Part shown: in pieces, positions 61,201 through 64,000 of the stretch | Numbering within the stretch: the first letter of the stretch is position 1 | How the letters are laid out: each line of letters starts with the position of its first letter | Assembly (NCBI GenBank): GCA_964016885.1 | Contig: OZ024760.1 | Location: 13,702,001-13,766,000, forward strand | Reading direction: 5' to 3' | Origin: Eledone cirrhosa | Lineage: Eukaryota | Length of the DNA: 64,000 bases | Position numbers and translations under genes: made by a program | The notes under the pieces: generated by a model | The model's input: only the letters and a program-made list of their open reading frames with translations | Told to the model about the DNA's origin: nothing | The model's database searches: none

Positions 61201-63968
61201 AGTAAACCAGTTAATTACCTGGGATGTGTTTTCCCAGAGTGGTAAATTAACATGTTTTCTTAATTGTGGGATGACTCTGTATATATATATATATATATAT
61301 AGGAGTAAGTAAGACCCCGACGGCTGAGCTCAAGCCGTTTCGACGGCTAATTCTGTATTGAGTACAGAATTAGCCGTCGAAACGGCTTGAGCTCAGCCGT
61401 CGGGGTCTTACTTACTCCTATTACCCACTCTACTACCCTAAGTATTGAGTACTTTGGTGCGTTATGGTCCACCTGGTTCCTTGCCACTTTTCCCTCGCTA
61501 TATATATATATATATTCCGCCAGGAGTTGTGACTGGTAGATTGTGTCAGAAATGGAAAAACCAATGGAAACATTGTTTCCTTGATTCAATTTGACAAGTT
61601 CCACTCTACTTGGAAGCGACTAAGGTTGGGAAGCTTGTCAATCATTTCCTATATTTTTTTTATTTTTTTTTACTTTTATTTTTTCAATTAAATTTCATTA
61701 TTTGTAGAATAACTTCCACCAAGATTTAGGTGATCTACGCAGTCTACTAGAAGAAGAACGGTACCGAAGTGAACGGCTGGAAGAACAATTAAATGATCTC
61801 ACAGAACTGCATCAGAATGAGATGACCAATATAAAACAGGTAAAAACTCAGACATATATAGAATGCAAATATTTCTGTCCATAGTTCTGATTCTCATACT
61901 CTATTACTCCCTCTAGTCACATCTCTTCTCTTACCCACTGTCCATATCTCTCTCTCTCTGTGCATGTACACACATATATAAATACACACTCACACACATA
62001 TATGTTATACATCCAACACTGTGTATGGTATATATCCAACAATGTGTTTGGTATATATCCAACAATCTGTTTGGTATATATCCAACACTGTCTTTGGTAT
62101 ATGTCCAACACTGTGTTTGGTATATGTCCAACACTGTGTTTGGTATATGTCCAATATTTGTTACATAAATGATTCTAATTATTCTTCTAGGAAATCAGTA
62201 GTATGGAAGAGAAATTAGAATACCAGCTGGAGGAACGAACCCGTGACCTGCATGACTTGCTAGACAACTGTCAAACTCGAGTAAGTTATATCTCTTTCCT
62301 TCACATATGTCAACACACCAACCGCCCAACTAGAGTAAGTTCTATCCTCTCACCTTTACAACTACCAAACTGCTTATTCTGGTACCATGATGAAAGGCAC
62401 CCAGTCTACCCTTGTAAAGTGGAAGCAATAGTACCATAACAAAAAGCATCCAATCAACTTTTTGAGTTGGTATTGTTGGTGCCACAACAAAAATGAATAT
62501 TCCATTTAATCAAACAATATATGTAGCCAAGAGATCGGACTTTGAAGCACTGAGAATTAATGTAAAGGATGATGTGCTAATGTGAAGAGATGCTATAAAA
62601 TAAAGTGAAGACTCTTTAAAAATTTGAAAAGATGTTGCTATCGGCAGATGACAAGGGTTGGCACCCTATTTCATAGCATCTCTGCACATGAGCACTTCAT
62701 TTTTTACATTAATTCCATTTAATATTTGTGTCTGTTGCTATAATTATCAGTCCTTAGAACATCTGATGGACAGCTTTGCAGTATTTGTTCCAGCTCTCTA
62801 CTCTCTGAGTTCAAGTCATGCGAAGGTCAACTTTGCTCTTTGTCATTTCGAGGTCCATAATAAAGTACCAGTTCAATATGGAGGTTAATTCTTGATCTTT
62901 ATCTCTTACGCTCTTTCTGTCTCCTTCTCTGAAATAAATTGGCTATGTTCAAGCCTGGAGTGGTGTTGGTCCCCAGCATGTTTAATGCTCCACAGACACA
63001 GTATGACACAACAGTACCCTACAACTCCATTGGGGATTATGGGGTACATACATCTTTTACTGTATTATTTCTATAAAAGAATGAAATATTTAATTTTTGT
63101 TTATTTTCCGTTCAGATTTCCAAAATGGAGGTACAACAACAACAACAACAACAGCTGATCTCCATGGAGATGGTGGAAAATGTAACATTCCGCACACTGC
63201 TTACCAAACTAATCAACGTTGTCCTTGCAATCTTGGCTGTGATCTTGGTGTTTGTGTCAACAGCAGCTAATCTTGTGGCTCCATTCCTTACAACAAGGTA
63301 CCTCATCTTTAAAGCAACAGCTAACACCTTAATGTGATTAAACCATCTTTATAGCAACAGCTAACTATATATATTGTTTATACTCGAATATAAGCAGGCC
63401 CCACTATTTTATACTCGAATATAATCAGACTCGACTATTTTATGTCTGAGAAATGGGCAAAAAATCAAAACTGTATTTACATAGAATTTCAAATTGATGA
63501 AAATCGTTAATATTTTGACCCCAAGTATAAGCCAGCCCCCCTTCTACCATCAAATTTTTGGTCACATATTCCTCGACTTATATTCGAGTATGTACTGTAT
63601 ATTGTGTATATATATATACTTGATGTGTTAGACTGGTTATAGATTTTTGTTAGATTGGTCTAAGCAGATGTTTTTCATAAATTACTCGTCACAGTGGAAA
63701 ACTGGTGCAATCAGTGTTAGTTATCTTGCTCAATATCAAATTTATCTCTCTACCATACACATGCACACTCTTTTTTAACCTGCCTAACTACTTAATTTCT
63801 TACTCTCTCTCTCACTCACTCATATCTCTTTACTGTTTCAGAGCCAGAATATTGAGCACCACATTGTTAATATTTGTTATCGTAATGTCTTGGAAGAATT
63901 GTGACTACTTCCTGCAGTTTTTCGATTACGTTATGTCAGAATATCGACGTTTATTATCCAAGCGATAG
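8334..63968 (+). CDS. TMCC: Transmembrane and coiled-coil domain protein (TMCC1/2/3, Dementin-like), multi-exon and 5'-incomplete: join(8334-8523,9445-9757,9983-10208,10475-10519,39416-39448,40274-40353,54942-55005,57442-57715,61708-61839,62191-62280,63116-63297,63842-63968)
   Basis: The spliced translation contains TMCC hallmark motifs in the expected order: [119 protein letters not shown], and two C-terminal hydrophobic helices. All introns are GT-AG and the phases are consistent (1756 nt). Confidence 0.95.
9050..9272 (+). mobile_element. Second SINE family (central ggactggcatcctgtccaggg block, V-domain-like)
   Basis: Homologous to 42883-43137, with a shared 3' end ctgatgagc.tt.tggct...acagatttta.acttt. 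Confidence 0.6.
9445..9757 (+). CDS. TMCC: TMCC exon, Thr/Ser-rich linker and start of coiled-coil 1 ([21 protein letters not shown])
   Basis: Acceptor ttttttgcag|CTG, donor G|gtaag, and a TMCC motif. Confidence 0.92.
9983..10208 (+). CDS. TMCC: TMCC exon, coiled-coil 1 (NVNEYLRLA...RDMGQGLK)
   Basis: Acceptor cacag|CA, donor AA|gtaagt, and a strongly conserved TMCC block. Confidence 0.95.
10475..10519 (+). CDS. TMCC: TMCC 45-nt exon ([15 protein letters not shown])
   Basis: Acceptor ttctttgtag|A and donor GG|gtaag. It continues the GLKDVGA motif. Confidence 0.9.
10589..10666. repeat. 78-nt near-perfect hairpin
   Basis: 35-bp stem with two single mismatches and an 8-nt loop. Confidence 0.85.
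11349..11530 (+). mobile_element. SINE, same family
   Basis: Shared head and core. Confidence 0.7.
13922..17237 (+). mobile_element. RTE-clade LINE (subfamily A), near-complete ORF with APE endonuclease + RT, disrupted
   Basis: APE motifs ([28 protein letters not shown]), RT motifs and a (GAT)n tail, with several stops and frameshifts. Nearly identical to 1-1889 over the shared region. Confidence 0.96.
17819..17965. repeat. Minisatellite, 26-bp unit gttagatctgtcctctccagtacagt, about 5.5 copies
   Basis: Direct tandem copies. Confidence 0.92.
18231..21810 (-). mobile_element. RTE-clade LINE (subfamily B), near full length, disrupted
   Basis: ORFs 20859-21806 (APE: [14 protein letters not shown]), 19238-20716 (RT) and 18649-18999 (C-terminus). 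(ATC)n at 18231 is the (GAT)n tail on the minus strand. Confidence 0.96.
23374..23588. mobile_element. piggyBac-type MITE
   Basis: TTAA on both sides and 16-bp TIRs ctcttaacgtcctgta / tacaggatgttaagag (1 mismatch). Related internal sequence occurs at about 8590-8960. Confidence 0.75.
23749..23781 (+). CDS. Candidate 33-nt symmetric (phase 2/2) cassette microexon of TMCC ([11 protein letters not shown])
   Basis: Acceptor tgattcatctgacag| and donor ACG|gtgagt. The length is divisible by 3 and the correct frame is open. No homology support. Confidence 0.35.
24378..24735 (+). mobile_element. SINE, same family (full copy plus a second partial copy)
   Basis: Shared head, core and 3' ggc.ttgtgcctaaatt end. 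Confidence 0.78.
25760..26005. repeat. Tail-to-tail pair of Penelope pLTR-like fragments with minimal hammerhead motifs
   Basis: The + copy has CTGATGA-aggcttgcgtcc-GAAAC-GTC at 25767-25793. The - copy is decayed (CCGATGA...caaaac at about 25975-25998). Both continue with actatatcaagc...aaactaatata. Confidence 0.6.
29858..30400 (+). mobile_element. Cluster of three head-to-tail SINE copies
   Basis: Three successive heads at about 29858, 30068 and 30268. The middle copy is close to 54393-54582. Confidence 0.78.
30571..30613 (+). ncRNA. Minimal, degenerate type I hammerhead motif
   Basis: ctct-CTGAAGA-cagttaaagaacca-GAAAC-ggtgca-GTC-agag. Stem I is perfect (4 bp) and stem II is partly mismatched. 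Confidence 0.5.
31072..31280 (-). mobile_element. SINE, same family, minus strand
   Basis: Reverse complement of the core (ctggtactttattttatcgacccc) and of the head (gattctgccaat). Confidence 0.75.
31370..31492. repeat. C-rich minisatellite, ~27-bp unit (cctggacccaacca...)
   Basis: Five degenerate copies. Confidence 0.8.
33222..35086. repeat. Compound (TA)n/(TACA)/(TACATATATG)n microsatellite block, interrupted by the CR1 fragment
   Basis: Direct observation. It is the source of the YI/CI/MYT-rich pseudo-ORFs. Confidence 0.97.
33635..33908 (-). mobile_element. CR1/L2-group LINE 3' fragment embedded in (TA)n
   Basis: The minus frame reads [28 protein letters not shown], the R-V-x-x-W-N-x-L-P...F-K C-terminal motif of CR1-group ORF2. 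A short UTR and (ATT)n tail follow. Confidence 0.7.
35211..35370 (-). repeat. (TA)n-flanked hairpin repeat with a degenerate minus-strand hammerhead
   Basis: Minus strand: atgacc-CCGATGA-cagagctgtt-GAAA-cggc..gccg-TT-agggtcat. Homologous to 61299-61500. Confidence 0.65.
35378..35438. repeat. ~60-nt hairpin abutting (TA)n
   Basis: atagttatgtaat-a-aacaacataaggca pairs with tgccttatgttgtt-attacataactat. Confidence 0.8.
36797..37047. repeat. (ATATC/TA)n microsatellite
   Basis: Direct observation. Confidence 0.95.
37135..38334. repeat. Palindromic element with ~160-bp arms (37135-37300 and 38172-38334), split by the CRE insertion
   Basis: The arms are reverse complements with few mismatches. 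Removing the insert restores the perfect centre cctctataactatatatagttatagagg. Confidence 0.9.
37301..38171 (-). mobile_element. CRE-type (RLE-bearing, early-branching non-LTR) retrotransposon, 5'-truncated, with 9-bp TSD atatatagt
   Basis: GC-rich island. ORF 37374-38120 has [13 protein letters not shown], a C-x-C...H..SC zinc finger, RH..LNE, and an RGDGKRPDG...WDATC restriction-like endonuclease motif. TSD at 37292-37300 and 38172-38180. Confidence 0.85.
38335..39250. repeat. (TA)n/ATC/ATG compound microsatellite
   Basis: Direct observation. Confidence 0.95.
39416..39448 (+). CDS. TMCC: TMCC 33-nt exon ([11 protein letters not shown])
   Basis: Acceptor ttttacag|T and donor GA|gtaagt. It matches the vertebrate GVVDSVKG motif. 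Confidence 0.9.
39590..40130 (-). repeat. RTE 3' UTR-related repeat with an expanded ~40-bp internal unit (also at about 6670-6790, 9815-9925, 41430-41645, 52450-52680)
   Basis: An RTE-like end (ttccatgct...ggatgccc...accactttaca) is followed by many gtggactgggtgctttt..tggcaccagcactacca units. Confidence 0.65.
40274..40353 (+). CDS. TMCC: TMCC exon ([26 protein letters not shown])
   Basis: Acceptor ttttgcag|G, donor G|gtaagt, and a conserved motif. Confidence 0.95.
42883..43137 (+). mobile_element. Second SINE family copy with tRNA-like head
   Basis: A-box-like gtggccaaatggtaagg and homology to 9050-9272. Confidence 0.6.
43270..43590 (-). mobile_element. RTE subfamily B, 3' UTR-only 5'-truncated copy
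   Basis: Close reverse complement of 47044-47363, with an (ATC)n tail. Confidence 0.9.
44087..44152 (+). CDS. Candidate 66-nt symmetric (phase 1/1) cassette exon of TMCC ([22 protein letters not shown])
   Basis: Acceptor gtttttctag|AG and donor G|gtaagt. It is in frame with the flanking exons and has no stop. Confidence 0.5.
45782..47700. repeat. 45-bp minisatellite (accacactgtattaccacactttatacatactaaattatatatat) in two blocks, about 45782-46028 and 47376-47700, split by an RTE
   Basis: Tandem units; the 15-aa periodicity in ORF 47352-47804 confirms a 45-bp period. Confidence 0.93.
46026..47371 (+). mobile_element. RTE subfamily B, 5'-truncated copy inserted into a minisatellite
   Basis: Begins at [12 protein letters not shown] 46074-46997 is open to the natural stop, followed by a 3' UTR and (GAT)n tail. 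Confidence 0.95.
48017..48220. mobile_element. piggyBac-type MITE
   Basis: Perfect 14-bp TIRs ccctttagcattta / taaatgctaaaggg, flanked by tcaa and ttaa. Confidence 0.72.
48394..48486 (+). CDS. Candidate 93-nt symmetric (phase 1/1) cassette exon of TMCC ([31 protein letters not shown])
   Basis: Strong polypyrimidine tract with tag|GT and donor CCGG|gtaaat. In frame, no stop, and GC/CpG-richer than the flanking intron. Confidence 0.45.
48780..48862. repeat. 17-bp minisatellite (taatgactaggtcggtg)
   Basis: About 5 tandem copies. Confidence 0.85.
49550..49762 (+). mobile_element. SINE, same family
   Basis: Shared head, core and tail. Confidence 0.75.
50372..50873 (-). mobile_element. RTE subfamily A, 5'-truncated 3' end
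   Basis: Reverse complement of about 1378-1885, with an (ATC)n tail. Confidence 0.92.
54393..54582 (+). mobile_element. SINE, same family (young-looking subfamily)
   Basis: Close match to 30068-30255, with an (ATT)n-like tail. Confidence 0.8.
54942..55005 (+). CDS. TMCC: TMCC exon ([21 protein letters not shown])
   Basis: Acceptor aattttag|AT and donor AG|gtaagt. It provides the required phase 1 to 2 bridge and resembles vertebrate DSLEE. Confidence 0.88.
55925..56645. repeat. Degenerate ~40-bp tandem repeat (tgaccatacttacctg.gctggctggtcatattctc)
   Basis: Recurrent ctggctggtc / tgaccac motifs at roughly regular spacing. Confidence 0.75.
57442..57715 (+). CDS. TMCC: TMCC exon ([16 protein letters not shown]...FDPYK)
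   Basis: Acceptor tttttag|C, donor AAG|gtaagt, and the KYGSEDD motif. Confidence 0.93.
57945..57985 (-). ncRNA. Type I hammerhead ribozyme, - strand copy
   Basis: Exact inverted copy of the + strand core, with stem I gct/agc. Confidence 0.75.
58051..58092 (+). ncRNA. Type I hammerhead ribozyme, + strand copy
   Basis: gct-CTGAGGA-acac(caaca)gtgt-GAAA-cag(aat)ctg-TC-agt. Complete core, with predicted cleavage after C58088. Confidence 0.75.
58637..58764 (-). ncRNA. Type I hammerhead ribozyme in the Penelope 3' region, with ~100-nt stem II
   Basis: Minus strand: attt-CTGAAGA-[long hairpin 58654-58752]-GAAA-cgatc-GTA-aaat. Palindromic stem III (ACGATCGT); two mismatches near the base of stem II. 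Confidence 0.65.
58767..58870 (-). mobile_element. 5'-truncated SINE with 19-bp TSD, nested in the Penelope element
   Basis: TSD tgctgtcttcagaaataat at 58748-58766 and 58871-58889. Confidence 0.85.
61299..61500. repeat. Perfect 59-bp-arm palindrome (61299-61357 / 61363-61421) plus ~80-bp tail, flanked by (TA)n; same family as 35211-35370
   Basis: The arms are exactly complementary with a 5-nt loop. The tail ttacccact.tactaccctaagtattgagtact is shared with the 35 kb copy. Confidence 0.92.
61708..61839 (+). CDS. TMCC: TMCC exon, coiled-coil 2 ([31 protein letters not shown])
   Basis: Acceptor tttgtag|AAT, donor CAG|gtaaaa, and a highly conserved block. Not in the ORF track because it is under 60 aa. 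Confidence 0.95.
62010..62156. repeat. 23-bp minisatellite (tccaacactgtgtttggtatata)
   Basis: About 6 tandem copies. Confidence 0.9.
62191..62280 (+). CDS. TMCC: TMCC exon ([30 protein letters not shown])
   Basis: Acceptor ttcttctag|GAA and donor CGA|gtaagt. Confidence 0.95.
63116..63297 (+). CDS. TMCC: TMCC exon, poly-Q and first transmembrane helix
   Basis: Acceptor ttcag|ATT and donor AG|gtacct. Encodes [12 protein letters not shown]...[21 protein letters not shown]. Confidence 0.95.
63374..63597. mobile_element. Tc1/mariner-superfamily (Tc2/pogo-like) MITE in the last TMCC intron
   Basis: Terminal inverted motif atactcgaatataag / cttatattcgagtat, TA flanks, and an internal duplication of the left TIR. 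Confidence 0.65.
63842..63968 (+). CDS. TMCC: TMCC last coding exon, second transmembrane helix and stop
   Basis: Acceptor ctgtttcag|A; reads [19 protein letters not shown]...LLSKR followed by TAG. Confidence 0.92.
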
Positions 63969-64000
63969 CATCGACACTTCAACTTGGCTGCATTTCTTAA

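Larger units (their letters stand above)
58240..61280 (-). mobile_element. Penelope-like retroelement (RT + C-terminal GIY-YIG, Naiad-like motifs), 5'-truncated and frameshifted
   Basis: Minus-strand translation gives [11 protein letters not shown]...[55 protein letters not shown], then [18 protein letters not shown]...[18 protein letters not shown]...CRLCSQE...LLNKRQE...CNH. A hammerhead lies in the 3' region. The 3' boundary is approximate. Confidence 0.88.

Overview
Eukaryotic, AT-rich, repeat-dense animal DNA. The repeat landscape (RTE LINEs with (GAT)n tails, many tRNA-derived SINEs, very long (TA)n/(CA)n tracts) suggests a coleoid cephalopod such as Octopus; this is inference only. Most of the window is one + strand intron-rich gene of the TMCC/TEX28 family (transmembrane and coiled-coil domain protein, Dementin-like). 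I traced 12 phase-consistent GT-AG coding exons from 8334 to the TAG ending at 63968, about 584 codons; the first coding exon appears to lie upstream of the window. There are also three frame-preserving candidate cassette exons. The introns hold six RTE LINE copies of two subfamilies (one lies upstream of the first traced exon), a decayed Penelope-like element (RT + GIY-YIG), a CRE-type RLE retrotransposon fragment, a CR1-type 3' end, SINEs, piggyBac- and Tc1/mariner-type MITEs, and mini/microsatellites. The most unusual signal is a set of (TA)n-anchored palindromic units carrying hammerhead ribozyme cores. One has a complete hammerhead on both strands, and a separate hammerhead in the Penelope 3' region has a ~100-nt stem II. 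A CRE fragment also sits at the exact apex of a ~330-bp palindrome with a 9-bp target-site duplication. Most short ORFs in the supplied track are microsatellite or antisense artefacts.
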